Shown: positions 18,551-28,749, counted from the stretch's first letter. The stretch: 64,000 nt of DNA from Candidatus Saccharimonadota bacterium (GCA_017431105.1 JAFRLS010000036.1:2594-66593); one strand, 5' to 3'. Notes: generated by a model from the sequence alone, not told the origin. Numbers and translations: made by a program.

Positions 18551-19609
18551 ATGGAATACAAGACCGTACGAGATATCAAATTTAAAGACCAGACTATTCT
18601 AGTAAGGGTGGACTATAACGTTCCGATAAAGGACGGTAAAATTACGGATGATTTTAGAATTCGTGCTAGTTTACCAACATTAGAATTTTTAAGAAAAGGT
18701 GGGGCAAAGAAAATTATTTTAATTTCACATCTTGGACGTCCGGAGGGCAGAGATAAGAGTTTATCTTTAAAGCCAGTAGCTGAAGCTTTAGAGAAAATGT
18801 TGCCGGATGTAAGTTTTGTTGATGATGTGTCAGGGCCAGATGTGGAAGCAGTAGTAGCCAGGTTGAAGGATGGCGGGATTTTGCTCTTGGAAAATTTAAG
18901 GTTTTATAGTGGAGAAGAAGATAATTCAGAAGAATTTATCCGTGAGATTATAGAATCGACTGGCGCAGAAATATATGTACAGGATGGGTTTGCAGTGGTG
19001 CACAGGGCGCATGCTTCGACGGAGGTTGTGGCAAATCATTTGCCGGTTTACGCTGGGTTGCTGCTAGAGAAAGAAATTAATAATTTAGAAAAGGCAACTA
19101 AAAATCCAGTTCGTCCTTTACTTTTGATTATTGGTGGGGCGAAGGTCGACGACAAAAAACCCTTGATTGATAAATTTGCTAAGTTTGCTGATCAGATTGT
19201 AGTGGGCGGGAAAATTGCGGCAGATGGTTATAAAGCGAGCGAAAAAATTTATGTGGCGGAAGATTTTGATAAAGATGGCAGCGGGGCCAAATTGGATGTC
19301 GGCCCGATTTCCATGGCGAAGGTAGCTGGTTTTATTACGGACGCTAAAACGATTATCTGGAATGGCTTGATGGGTAAAGCAGAAGACCCAGCTTATGCGA
19401 CAGCTTCTACGATTGTGGCCGAGATGATGGGTGAAAGAGAAGATGCCGAAACATTAGTTTGTGGTGGAGATACGACCGGTTTTGTAGAGAATTTGATGGC
19501 GGAACACAAAAACTTGCAATATTCATTAATTTCGACTGGTGGTGGTGCGGCGCTGGAATTTTTGCTAGGTAAAGAATTGCCTGGTTTAGCGGTGATAGAA
19601 ACAAAATAA
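18551..19609 (+). CDS. pgk: Phosphoglycerate kinase (shortened)
   Basis: RVDYNVP, SHLGRP, LENLRF, HRAHAS, GGAKV and STGGGA motifs. Confidence 0.95.
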   Translation: MEYKTVRDIKFKDQTILVRVDYNVPIKDGKITDDFRIRASLPTLEFLRKGGAKKIILISHLGRPEGRDKSLSLKPVAEALEKMLPDVSFVDDVSGPDVEAVVARLKDGGILLLENLRFYSGEEDNSEEFIREIIESTGAEIYVQDGFAVVHRAHASTEVVANHLPVYAGLLLEKEINNLEKATKNPVRPLLLIIGGAKVDDKKPLIDKFAKFADQIVVGGKIAADGYKASEKIYVAEDFDKDGSGAKLDVGPISMAKVAGFITDAKTIIWNGLMGKAEDPAYATASTIVAEMMGEREDAETLVCGGDTTGFVENLMAEHKNLQYSLISTGGGAALEFLLGKELPGLAVIETK

Positions 19610-19649
19610 TTTGCTTGAAAAATATTCGTGTCGTGATATAATTATTTTT

Positions 19650-21200
19650 ATGAAAAAACCAAAGACATACCAACAGGTAATTGGCGATACAATTGAACAA
19701 ATGCGTCTTGAAAAAGGTTGGACGCAAGGTGATTTGGCGAATGCGGTTGGTTCAAGCCAGTCTGCAATTCATCGTATTGAAAAAGGTGGTCAGAACATCT
19801 CATTGGAAATGATAAAGAAACTTTCTGAGGCGTTAGGTAACCAAATTTTATCTATAAATGATTCTGTTTCGCAAAGCTTTAGGATTCGTGGCGGCAAAGA
19901 ACTTTCAGGCGAAATTACGATTAACACATCAAAGAATGCGGCGGTTGGGCTACTTTGTGCAGCGTTACTTAATAGTGGGAAAACCGTTTTGCATCGTGTG
20001 GCGAGGATCGAGGAAGTATTTAGAATTATTGAAGTTTTGGAATCGATAGGCGTGAAATGTCACTGGCAAAATCGGCATCGGGATTTAGAAATTATATCAC
20101 CACGTGAATTAAAACTTGATGAGATGAATATAGAGGCGGCTAGAAAAACACGCTCGATTATTATGTTTCTTGGCCCATTACTTCATCGTTATAAAAACTT
20201 TGAATTACCATACGCGGGCGGTTGCTCACTCGGAACAAGGACGATTGAACCGCATTTACAGGCTTTGAAATCTTTTGGTCTTAGGGTTGATGCCACAAAG
20301 AACAGTGGTTTTTATGAAGTAGAGGTTGCGCAGGAAACTTTAAATAAATATACAGATCGATATATTGTCTTGACAGAACGTGGCGATACGGTGACCGAGA
20401 ACGTCTTGATGGCTGCGGCTTTGTCGCCTGGTAAAACGACTATCGTGGGTGCTTCACCGAATTATATGGTACAAGATGTCTGTTTCTTCCTAGAGAAGCT
20501 AGGTATAAAAATTACTGGAATTGGCACGACGACTTTGGTGGTAAGAGGGAAGTCTAAAATTGATGAGAATGTTGAATATAACCTTTCTGAAGACCCAATT
20601 GAGGCGATGAGTTTTATAGCGGCAGCGCTGGTGACAAAATCTGAAATTACATTACTTAGAGCACCGATTGAATTTTTGGAAATTGAATTAGAGATATTAA
20701 AAAACATGAACGCGCGTTATGAAAAATCAGCAGAGTATTTGTCGGCAAACGGACGAACGCGATTAGTAGATTTGATGATTAAAAAATCTGACTTAGTGGC
20801 GCCGGTAGATAAAATTCATCCAATGCCATTTCCGGGACTTAATATTGATAATTTGCCATTCTTTTCTGTGATTGCGGCGGTAGCAGAAGGTCGTACGATG
20901 ATTCACGATTGGGTGTTTGAGAACCGAGCGATTTATACAGCGGAATTAGCAAATTTGAATGTAAAAGTGGAACTTCTGGATGCACATCGACTTTATATTG
21001 AGGGGCCAACTAATTGGCGATCGGCTGAATTAGTAGCGCCGCAGGCTTTGCGGCCAGCAGTAGTGGTATTGATTGGTATGTTGGCGGCACCTGGGACTTC
21101 AATTTTGCGTAATGTTTATCCAATTAATCGTGGTTACCAAGATTTTGCAGTAAGACTTCGGCATTTGGGCGCAGACATTGTACCACTCACTGGTATATAA
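19650..21200 (+). CDS. murA: UDP-N-acetylglucosamine 1-carboxyvinyltransferase with N-terminal XRE HTH domain
   Basis: HTH RLEKGWTQGDLANAVGSSQSAIHRIEKG; SKNA, GGCSLGTR and PFPGLNID motifs; TGATATAAT 7 nt upstream of ATG 19650. Confidence 0.9.
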   Translation: MKKPKTYQQVIGDTIEQMRLEKGWTQGDLANAVGSSQSAIHRIEKGGQNISLEMIKKLSEALGNQILSINDSVSQSFRIRGGKELSGEITINTSKNAAVGLLCAALLNSGKTVLHRVARIEEVFRIIEVLESIGVKCHWQNRHRDLEIISPRELKLDEMNIEAARKTRSIIMFLGPLLHRYKNFELPYAGGCSLGTRTIEPHLQALKSFGLRVDATKNSGFYEVEVAQETLNKYTDRYIVLTERGDTVTENVLMAAALSPGKTTIVGASPNYMVQDVCFFLEKLGIKITGIGTTTLVVRGKSKIDENVEYNLSEDPIEAMSFIAAALVTKSEITLLRAPIEFLEIELEILKNMNARYEKSAEYLSANGRTRLVDLMIKKSDLVAPVDKIHPMPFPGLNIDNLPFFSVIAAVAEGRTMIHDWVFENRAIYTAELANLNVKVELLDAHRLYIEGPTNWRSAELVAPQALRPAVVVLIGMLAAPGTSILRNVYPINRGYQDFAVRLRHLGADIVPLTGI

Positions 21201-21215
21201 TGTTATAATTTTAGA

Positions 21216-23219
21216 GTGAATAAAGTATTTGATGGTTTGAATCCGGCACAGAAAGAAGCGGTAGAGTGTCTTAGTGGTCCACTTTTGATTTTGGCTGGTG
21301 CTGGTTCTGGTAAAACAAAGACTTTGACGCATCGAATTGCGAATTTAATGATGCATGATGTATTGCCGGCACATATTTTGGCGGTAACTTTTACTAACAA
21401 AGCAGCAAACGAAATGCGAACGCGACTTTGGTCATTGATTTCTGGTACATCAGGCGAGCCAACGCGAAGTTTTATGCCATATATGGGTACGTTTCACGGA
21501 ATTTGCGTGAAGATTTTAAGAATTGAATCTAAATCAGCGAATCTGTCAAAAGATTTTGTAATTTATGATGTGGACGATCAGATTTCATTGATTAAAAGGA
21601 TAATGAAAAATTTGAATTTGGGTGAAAATAAGTCTTTAAAACCAAAATCAATTCAAGCAATTATTTCGAGTGAAAAAAATCAAGGTCGTGGGCCGGAAGA
21701 TTATGCTGCGATGGTACTGTACTCAAATCAGCGGGATATCGCGAAAGTTTTCCGTAGGTACGAAGAGGAAAAAAATAAGGCTGGTGCGCTCGACTTCGAT
21801 GATTTACTTCTGAAAACTTTAGAGCTTTTTGTTAATAATAAAGACGTGCGAGAAAAGTGGCAAAAAAAGTTCGAGCATATCTTGATTGATGAGTATCAGG
21901 ATACTAATATTATTCAATACCAATTGGTGAAATTGTTAGTAAATGAAAAACGTAATATTTGCGTAGTGGGCGATGATTGGCAATCGATTTATTCGTGGCG
22001 AGGTGCAGATTTTACAAATATTTTGCATTTTGAACGAGATTTCCCGGGTGCAAAAGTAATTAAGTTGGAACAAAACTATCGTTCGACTGGTAATATTTTG
22101 GCGGCTTCACAAAAAGTAATTAGTAAGAATAAAACACGTACTGATAAAACTTTATTTACGAAAGTGGGCGATGGGGAACCGGTGGATATAGAATCTTTAC
22201 GTGATGAAAATGAAGAAGCGAGTTTTGTGGCGCTTTCGATTTTGCGCTTACAAAAAGAATACCCGGACCTTTCGAATTTCGCCGTACTTTATCGTACAAA
22301 TGCGCAATCGTATACTTTCGAAAAAGCGTTTATTGGTATGCATATTCCATATAAAATTGTGGGTGGTGTAAGATTTTATGATCGTAAGGAAGTAAAAGAT
22401 GTGTTGGCGATTTTGAAATTGATTCAAAATGGGCGCGATAAAGTAAGCTTAGAACGTGTGGTGCGCAATGTGCTTTCTGGAATTGGTGAAGCTTCACTCG
22501 TGAAGATATTGGATGCGATTGATTTGATTAATGATGAGAACCCGCTTAAGAATTTGGACTTGCCGGATATATTAAAAACCACAAAAGCCAAGAATGCGTT
22601 GATTAAATTGGTTGGTTTTTTACGGAGCTTAGAACCAACAGAAAATCCAGGTGAAATTGTGAAAAAAATCATTTCATATTTTGATTTTAGAACCTTAACG
22701 GACGATGGTACGCCGAGTGCTGATGATAGAATGAATAATTTGGAGGTTTTAGCAGGAAACGCGGAACAATATAACAGCTTGGAAGATTTTTTGACGGACG
22801 CGAGCTTGATGTCTTCGGCAGATGAAACAGTTGGTAAAAATGCAGTGACACTAATGACTTTGCACGCAGCAAAAGGGTTGGAATTTCCAGTAGTATTTAT
22901 AGTAGGCATGGAGGAAGGTTTGTTCCCTGGGATGCGTTCGATGGACGAAGAAGCTAGTTTGGAAGAGGAAAGACGTTTAGCTTATGTGGGGATGACGCGG
23001 GCGATGCGGAGACTGTTTTTGACTTATGCAGCGAGTCGATATTCGTTTGGTAGTAGAAATTATAATATGCCGTCGAGATTTTTGACAGAAATCGGTTATA
23101 ACCCATATAGTTCTAATACGCATCGAGATATGGATGGCGACGGTTTTAATAATTTGGACAAAGAATTTGATGAGTCGGACTTTGATCCATTTCCGCCGGA
23201 TGTGCCAATATACGAGTAA
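21216..23219 (+). CDS. pcrA: UvrD/PcrA DNA helicase
   Basis: AGAGSGKT, TFTNKAA, DEYQD, QNYRST, HAAKGLEF and YVGMTRA motifs. Confidence 0.95.
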   Translation: MNKVFDGLNPAQKEAVECLSGPLLILAGAGSGKTKTLTHRIANLMMHDVLPAHILAVTFTNKAANEMRTRLWSLISGTSGEPTRSFMPYMGTFHGICVKILRIESKSANLSKDFVIYDVDDQISLIKRIMKNLNLGENKSLKPKSIQAIISSEKNQGRGPEDYAAMVLYSNQRDIAKVFRRYEEEKNKAGALDFDDLLLKTLELFVNNKDVREKWQKKFEHILIDEYQDTNIIQYQLVKLLVNEKRNICVVGDDWQSIYSWRGADFTNILHFERDFPGAKVIKLEQNYRSTGNILAASQKVISKNKTRTDKTLFTKVGDGEPVDIESLRDENEEASFVALSILRLQKEYPDLSNFAVLYRTNAQSYTFEKAFIGMHIPYKIVGGVRFYDRKEVKDVLAILKLIQNGRDKVSLERVVRNVLSGIGEASLVKILDAIDLINDENPLKNLDLPDILKTTKAKNALIKLVGFLRSLEPTENPGEIVKKIISYFDFRTLTDDGTPSADDRMNNLEVLAGNAEQYNSLEDFLTDASLMSSADETVGKNAVTLMTLHAAKGLEFPVVFIVGMEEGLFPGMRSMDEEASLEEERRLAYVGMTRAMRRLFLTYAASRYSFGSRNYNMPSRFLTEIGYNPYSSNTHRDMDGDGFNNLDKEFDESDFDPFPPDVPIYE

Positions 23220-23245
23220 AATTTACTTTATGATATAATTTTATT

Positions 23246-23686
23246 ATGAAAATTTTATGGACCGATGGTAGTGCTAGTCCAAATCCGGGCCCAGGTGGGT
23301 TTGCGGTAGTATTAGAACAATCAGGAGGCTCTGGGGTGCCGGTGGTGCTTGGGCGTGATGATGATACTACTAATATTCGGATGGAAGGTTCAGCAATGAT
23401 TGCGGCAATTAAATATGCTGGCGAGGAGGGGTGTGAAATCCATTCGGATTCTGAATTTTGGATTAACGTTTTAACTAAATGGGCGCCAACATGGCAGACG
23501 AACGGTTGGAAGAAAAAAACTGGTCCAATTATGAATTTAGATTTGGTGCAAGAATTATATGAATTATATTGCAAATATCCAGTTAAATTGGTATGGGTAC
23601 GTGGGCACGTTGGCAACGAGCTGAATGAGTTAACTGACGAGTGGGCCAACAGGGCGCGTAAGGGTGCAAAAGTACCAGAAGTGTGA
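23246..23686 (+). CDS. rnhA: Ribonuclease HI
   Basis: TDGS..NPGPGG, TNIRME, SDSE and WVRGH..NELTD motifs. Confidence 0.93.
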   Translation: MKILWTDGSASPNPGPGGFAVVLEQSGGSGVPVVLGRDDDTTNIRMEGSAMIAAIKYAGEEGCEIHSDSEFWINVLTKWAPTWQTNGWKKKTGPIMNLDLVQELYELYCKYPVKLVWVRGHVGNELNELTDEWANRARKGAKVPEV

Positions 23687-23698
23687 TATATAATATAT

Positions 23699-24964
23699 AT
23701 GAAGTTATCTGAAGAACTAATTTATCGTGGCTTTATGGCCGAAACTACAATTGAAAATCCAGCAGATTTAGATACTAGAAAATCCAAAAAATTTTATTGG
23801 GGGGCAGATCCATCGGCGGACTCTCTTACGATTGGCAATTTAGCGGCATTAATGATGTGCGCGTGTTTCGTACGACATGGCTATCAGCCATATCTTTTAG
23901 TGGGTGGTGCGACTGGGCAGATTGGTGACCCAAAAGAAAACGGTGAGCGTGATTTAAAGACTTTAGAGGAGGTAAATCACAACAAGCAATGCATTCGCGA
24001 ACAAATTGAGCGCGTAATTAATGTCGGAGATGGTAATTCGAAAGATTTCGCGACACCGGGTTTGACGATGGTGGACAATTACGATTGGTTCCGTGGCATG
24101 AATTATTTGGAGTTTTTGCGTGAAGTAGGAAAAGTATTTTCAATGACACAACTTTTAGATCGTCAGTTTGTGCAAAAACGAATTGGCGATGGTGGGGCTG
24201 GGATTTCGTATGCAGAATTCTCTTACACCTTGATTCAGGGCTATGATTTCTTGCATCTTTATCGTGAATATGGAGTTGATTTACAGCTTTGTGGGGCAGA
24301 TCAATATGGCAACTGCACTTCTGGCATACATTTGATTAAAAGGCTCGAGGATGCAACAGCTGATGTGTGGTCGACGCCACTTGTAATCGATCCAGTGACG
24401 GGGCGGAAGTTTGGCAAATCCGAAGGTAATGCAGTGTGGTTAGCGGCTTCCGATAATGGTTCGGGTAATTATACTTCAATCTTTGATTTTTATCAGTTTT
24501 GGTTAAACCAGTCGGATGAGTTAGTAGAATATTTGATTAAAATTTATACACTATTTTCTCCTGAAGAAATCAGCGAAATTTTGAAACGACATTTTGAAAC
24601 ACCAGAAAAGCGAATTGCACAAAGAGCTTTGGCGCGTGGTGTAACTGAAGTGGTGCATGGTAAAGATAATACTGCTGCTGTGGAAAATCTTACCGAAACA
24701 TTATTCAATCGCGATACGGACTTTGGTGATTTTTCGGAGGATGAATTGACTGAATTTGCAGCATATTTACCGGTGATATCTAAAGGAACTGCATTAGTGG
24801 ATATATTAGCAAATACTGGTTTAGCGGAGTCAAAGAAAAAAGCACGTGAGTTTATTGCTGGTGGAGCAATTTCGGTTAATGGCGTAAAAGTGACCGAGGA
24901 AATCGACATAGATCAAACCGCCATTATTAAAAAGGGTAAAAACAAGTTTGTAATTGTAAAATAA
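23699..24964 (+). CDS. tyrS: Tyrosine--tRNA ligase
   Basis: GADPSADSLTIGN, EFSYTLIQGYD, GADQYGN, KFGKS and a C-terminal S4-like domain. Confidence 0.95.
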   Translation: MKLSEELIYRGFMAETTIENPADLDTRKSKKFYWGADPSADSLTIGNLAALMMCACFVRHGYQPYLLVGGATGQIGDPKENGERDLKTLEEVNHNKQCIREQIERVINVGDGNSKDFATPGLTMVDNYDWFRGMNYLEFLREVGKVFSMTQLLDRQFVQKRIGDGGAGISYAEFSYTLIQGYDFLHLYREYGVDLQLCGADQYGNCTSGIHLIKRLEDATADVWSTPLVIDPVTGRKFGKSEGNAVWLAASDNGSGNYTSIFDFYQFWLNQSDELVEYLIKIYTLFSPEEISEILKRHFETPEKRIAQRALARGVTEVVHGKDNTAAVENLTETLFNRDTDFGDFSEDELTEFAAYLPVISKGTALVDILANTGLAESKKKAREFIAGGAISVNGVKVTEEIDIDQTAIIKKGKNKFVIVK

Positions 24965-24993
24965 AAAATAACTCCCGTAAGGGAGTTATTTTT
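24963..24993. terminator. Bidirectional intrinsic terminator (tyrS/rpmA)
   Basis: AAAAATAACTCCC-GTAA-GGGAGTTATTTTT. Confidence 0.85.
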
Positions 24994-25264
24994 AACGGAC
25001 TTCTACTCTTACTCTTGGTAAGCTTTTGCCCGAAAAGTGTGACTTTTTGGTCTTAACGAAAACCACAACGCCGTCTTTAGCAGCATGGATAGTAAAATTA
25101 CGTGACATATAAGTACCTGGGCCAGCAATTTTGGTTGAGCCGGTTTGGCGAACTAAAACTTCACCAGTTTTGACTTTTTGGCCACCAAAGCGCTTAACGC
25201 CGAGGCGCTGGCCAGCATTGTTATGGACGTTCTTGGCGGTACCGCCAGCTTTTACGTGTGACAT
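24992..25264 (-). CDS. rpmA: 50S ribosomal protein L27
   Basis: MSHVKAGG..GQRLGVKRFGGQ..VRQTG. Confidence 0.95.
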   Translation of the reverse strand: MSHVKAGGTAKNVHNNAGQRLGVKRFGGQKVKTGEVLVRQTGSTKIAGPGTYMSRNFTIHAAKDGVVVFVKTKKSHFSGKSLPRVRVEVR

Positions 25265-26383
25265 TTATTTCTTCCTTAAAATTATTATATCTCTCGCGAC
25301 AATTTGGCCATCCCGATGATAAAGAAGCCCCTCTCGCGATTTATTATTAACATTATACCCCATATTTTCAATCTCGTCAAGAATTTCGAGGCGGGAATAG
25401 CTACCATCCTTGCGGAGCCAGGCTGGACAAGCTATGGTGACTGGTGTATTTGGCTCGATTTGAGTATATAGGTTTTTTAGAAATCCTAGGATTATCGTGG
25501 AGCATTCTTGCTTTTCGGTTTTAAGCTTGATTTCTAGAGGGATCGTCGACATGGGCTTACCTAGATAGCCTTCACAAGCAACAGCATCGATTTTTTCAGC
25601 CCATTTATAACTTATTGCATCACCAACTTCTAATTTATAATTATTGAAATTAAAAAACTTTAAATTTTTTTCACTATACTCGATCATGCGGGAGTTAATG
25701 TCGGTACCGTAGACGTGGTAGCCCATGAGAAGAGCTTCTTGCAAGACGACGCCAGTGCCACAAAAAGGATCAAGAATGCGAGCGTTAGGTTTGAGCGGGC
25801 CGCATAAATTGATTAAAATTTGAGCGAGTTTGGGTGGAAGCATGCCGACTTTGGCATCTCTAGCGGGGCGAGCTTGGTCGCGTTTAGAGTAGGCATCGAT
25901 GTCTTGGATACCGATGACTTTATACCAATTATCATTCACCTTAATTAGTTCGATTTTACGTTCATTTTTGCCAGATAAGCCATTGTGAAGTGAAGTAGCA
26001 GTAGATAGGACCGCTTCTTTATTTTCTACGACGCGAACGCTACGGCCATGACGAGTTAAGATTTTTTTAAGTTTAAGAGCCTCGATAATAGCGGTTTTAC
26101 GTGAAGCGTTTTTAGAATAGTCTGATACGCCGAGAGTAATTTTGCCATCTGGCAAATTGCGTAAGAAATCTAATGGTTTTTCTGCTAATTCGATTGCCAA
26201 CTTTAAAGTTCCACCTAATTTAGAAATCTCTACAGGGAGGACGCTGCTGCTTTTCTCCCCCGAAATTTTTGCAAGCAAAACATTTTGGTGGTACTCTTTC
26301 AGGTACCATTTTTCTTCTAATATAGCTTTTAATTCAGCGATTGAGATTTCAGGTTGACGACCAAGAATAGCTAAATAATTCAT
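25265..26383 (-). CDS. Trm11/TrmG10-like SAM-dependent RNA methyltransferase
   Basis: GMLPPKLAQILINL and LDPFCGTG motifs. Confidence 0.75.
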   Translation of the reverse strand: MNYLAILGRQPEISIAELKAILEEKWYLKEYHQNVLLAKISGEKSSSVLPVEISKLGGTLKLAIELAEKPLDFLRNLPDGKITLGVSDYSKNASRKTAIIEALKLKKILTRHGRSVRVVENKEAVLSTATSLHNGLSGKNERKIELIKVNDNWYKVIGIQDIDAYSKRDQARPARDAKVGMLPPKLAQILINLCGPLKPNARILDPFCGTGVVLQEALLMGYHVYGTDINSRMIEYSEKNLKFFNFNNYKLEVGDAISYKWAEKIDAVACEGYLGKPMSTIPLEIKLKTEKQECSTIILGFLKNLYTQIEPNTPVTIACPAWLRKDGSYSRLEILDEIENMGYNVNNKSREGLLYHRDGQIVARDIIILRKK

Positions 26384-26419
26384 GAAGTCATTATAGCATA
26401 TTCGTGATATAATTTTTTT

Positions 26420-27472
26420 ATGGCTAAGAAGCGAAAGTGGATTTCTTTTCGGACTATTTTGTCGGTTGCGACGGTAATTCTAGTGGGGTATGTTGTATAT
26501 AAAAATTGGCCTGATATAGTTGATACGTTTTATCATTTAGACGATGCAAATTTGTTTGTATTATTGCTTTTGATCCCGGAACAATTATTTATGTATTATG
26601 CTTGTGGGCAGATTTTCTTCTCATACCTAAAAAATTGTAAAGATGTCGAAAAGTTTTCAAAGAAGGAAATTTTAAAAATTTCTACTGAATTAAATTTTGT
26701 AAATCATGCAGTACCGGCTGGCGGTTTGGGAGGGTTGGCGTATCTTACTTATCGTCTGCATCCGTTTGGCGTTTCTGTAGGACAGGCGAGCTTTCTATAT
26801 ATTTTTCGGTATGCGGTAACCACAGTAATAAATTATGCGCAAGCCTTGGTGGCTATTATAGTTCTTTTGGCGCTTAATTTAATTCCAGATGAAGCTAAAT
26901 GGATAATACCGGTTTCACTTTTAATGAATCTTGGAGTTTTTATAGGTCTTTCTTTAATTGTTTATATAGCGAGTAGCAAAAAAAGAATCGAGTTTTTTTC
27001 GAAAATAGTTGCGAAGATTTTAAATTTCTTTGTGAGGGTTTTCACTTTTGGACGCAAAAAGACTTTAACGAGATACATTAAGGTCAGTAGCTATTTTGAT
27101 GACATTTATGAAAGTGTAAAAATTGCCAAGAACGATAAAAAACTTTTGAAAAAACCACTACTTTGGGGTTTGGCTTATAGTTTTTTTGAAATAGCGACTT
27201 ATTGGATTGTAGCAATTTCGTTAGGGCGACCTGAACTTTTACCATTCATATTGGTTGGCGAGGCGATTGGTTCAGTATTCGATGGAATTGTGCCATATGG
27301 TTTGTATGAGCTTGGCATGGCTGGAGTGATGATTGCTCTTGGCGTTGATTTTCCGACGGCAACAATTGTGACTGTGATGACGCGCGTATTTACATTATTA
27401 TTTACGATTGCTACAGGGACGGGACCTTATTACCGAGTGATCAGAGGTAAAAAGGATGAACGAGCTTCCTAA
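26420..27472 (+). CDS. UPF0104 / lysylphosphatidylglycerol-synthase TM (flippase-like) protein
   Basis: Multiple TMs; FVNHAVPAGGLGG and PYGLYELGM motifs. Confidence 0.75.
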   Translation: MAKKRKWISFRTILSVATVILVGYVVYKNWPDIVDTFYHLDDANLFVLLLLIPEQLFMYYACGQIFFSYLKNCKDVEKFSKKEILKISTELNFVNHAVPAGGLGGLAYLTYRLHPFGVSVGQASFLYIFRYAVTTVINYAQALVAIIVLLALNLIPDEAKWIIPVSLLMNLGVFIGLSLIVYIASSKKRIEFFSKIVAKILNFFVRVFTFGRKKTLTRYIKVSSYFDDIYESVKIAKNDKKLLKKPLLWGLAYSFFEIATYWIVAISLGRPELLPFILVGEAIGSVFDGIVPYGLYELGMAGVMIALGVDFPTATIVTVMTRVFTLLFTIATGTGPYYRVIRGKKDERAS

Positions 27473-28559
27473 ATTTACGCCGTCTGATTTTATTGTTGCG
27501 ACTAACCAGACTTTGGAATATTCGTATAATGGTGTTTTGATTGAGGGCGAAGTGGCAAGTTTTAAGGTTAATCAAGGTAAATGGGTATTTTTTGACATAA
27601 AGGATGAAGAATCTAGTGTAAATTGTTTTATGTCGGTGTATCAATTACGTATGCTGCTCGAAGATGGTATGAAAGTTGTGGTACGTGGTACACCAAGGTT
27701 AACTAAATGGGGAAAATTTTCGTTTACAGTTTCGGCCGTGCAGCCAGTTGGTGAGGGGAGCTTAAAAAAAGCCTTTGAACTTTTGAAAAAGAAGTTAGAT
27801 GACGAAGGGTTGTTTGATAAAAAAAGAAAGCGAGAATTACCAAAGTATTTGGCGAGATTGGGGGTGATTTCTTCTACGCAGGCAGCAGGTTATGCAGATT
27901 TTATCAAAATAATTAATGCGAGATGGGGTGGAATAAAAATGCAAGTGGCGCATACGCAGGTGCAGGGCATGGATGCGCCGGATCAAATTATTCGGGCATT
28001 AAATTATTTCAATGAACGAGGCGAAGTAGAAGTGATTGCGATTTTACGTGGTGGCGGTTCGGCAGATGACTTAGCTTGTTTTAACGATGAGGCGTTGGTG
28101 CGGGCAATTGCCGCTTCGAAAATTCCAGTAATTACCGGTATTGGGCATGAGGTAGATGAGTCGCTTTGCGACTTGGCGGCAGACGTTAAGGCTTCGACTC
28201 CATCAAATGCAGCTGAAATGTTAACTCCGGACAAGAATAATTTGAAAGTTACTATTGATACAAAAATCGATTCTGTAAATAAGATTATATTTAGTGAAGT
28301 GGAGGTACGTAAAAAGAACGTAAAAGAAAAGTTGAACCAAGTTGCAAAAATTATTGGTGTAAAAGTCGCGAATTATAACGAACGGATTACTATTAATATT
28401 AAGACTCTTAGCGCTTTAAATCCTGAGATGGTATTAAAACAAGGTTATGCAATATTGAAGGGGGAAGTTTTACTAGGTAATGTTGTAAAAATTACAACAT
28501 TTGATAAAGAAATTAACGCAGAAATAAAGGAGATTTATGAGCGAGAAAAAAACTATTAA
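27456..28559 (+). CDS. xseA: Exodeoxyribonuclease VII large subunit
   Basis: OB fold; RGGGSADDL, GIGHEVD and TPSNAA motifs. Confidence 0.93.
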   Translation: MNELPKFTPSDFIVATNQTLEYSYNGVLIEGEVASFKVNQGKWVFFDIKDEESSVNCFMSVYQLRMLLEDGMKVVVRGTPRLTKWGKFSFTVSAVQPVGEGSLKKAFELLKKKLDDEGLFDKKRKRELPKYLARLGVISSTQAAGYADFIKIINARWGGIKMQVAHTQVQGMDAPDQIIRALNYFNERGEVEVIAILRGGGSADDLACFNDEALVRAIAASKIPVITGIGHEVDESLCDLAADVKASTPSNAAEMLTPDKNNLKVTIDTKIDSVNKIIFSEVEVRKKNVKEKLNQVAKIIGVKVANYNERITINIKTLSALNPEMVLKQGYAILKGEVLLGNVVKITTFDKEINAEIKEIYEREKNY

Positions 28560-28734
28560 CCAAAAAATCGAAGAATTAGATAAAAGCACGGAGTGGTTTT
28601 ATTCGGATGATTTTAATTTGGACGATGCGGTAAAAAAATACAAAGAAGCTATTGGTTTAGCAAAAGAGTTACAAAAAGATTTGGACGATTTAAAAAATGA
28701 GGTTGAAATTTTAGCGGAAGATTTTAGTAAATAG
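28537..28734 (+). CDS. xseB: Exodeoxyribonuclease VII small subunit
   Basis: 65-aa helical protein (LDDAVKKYKEAIGL) directly after xseA. Confidence 0.85.
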   Translation: MSEKKTINQKIEELDKSTEWFYSDDFNLDDAVKKYKEAIGLAKELQKDLDDLKNEVEILAEDFSK

Positions 28735-28749
28735 TGTTATAATATGCTT

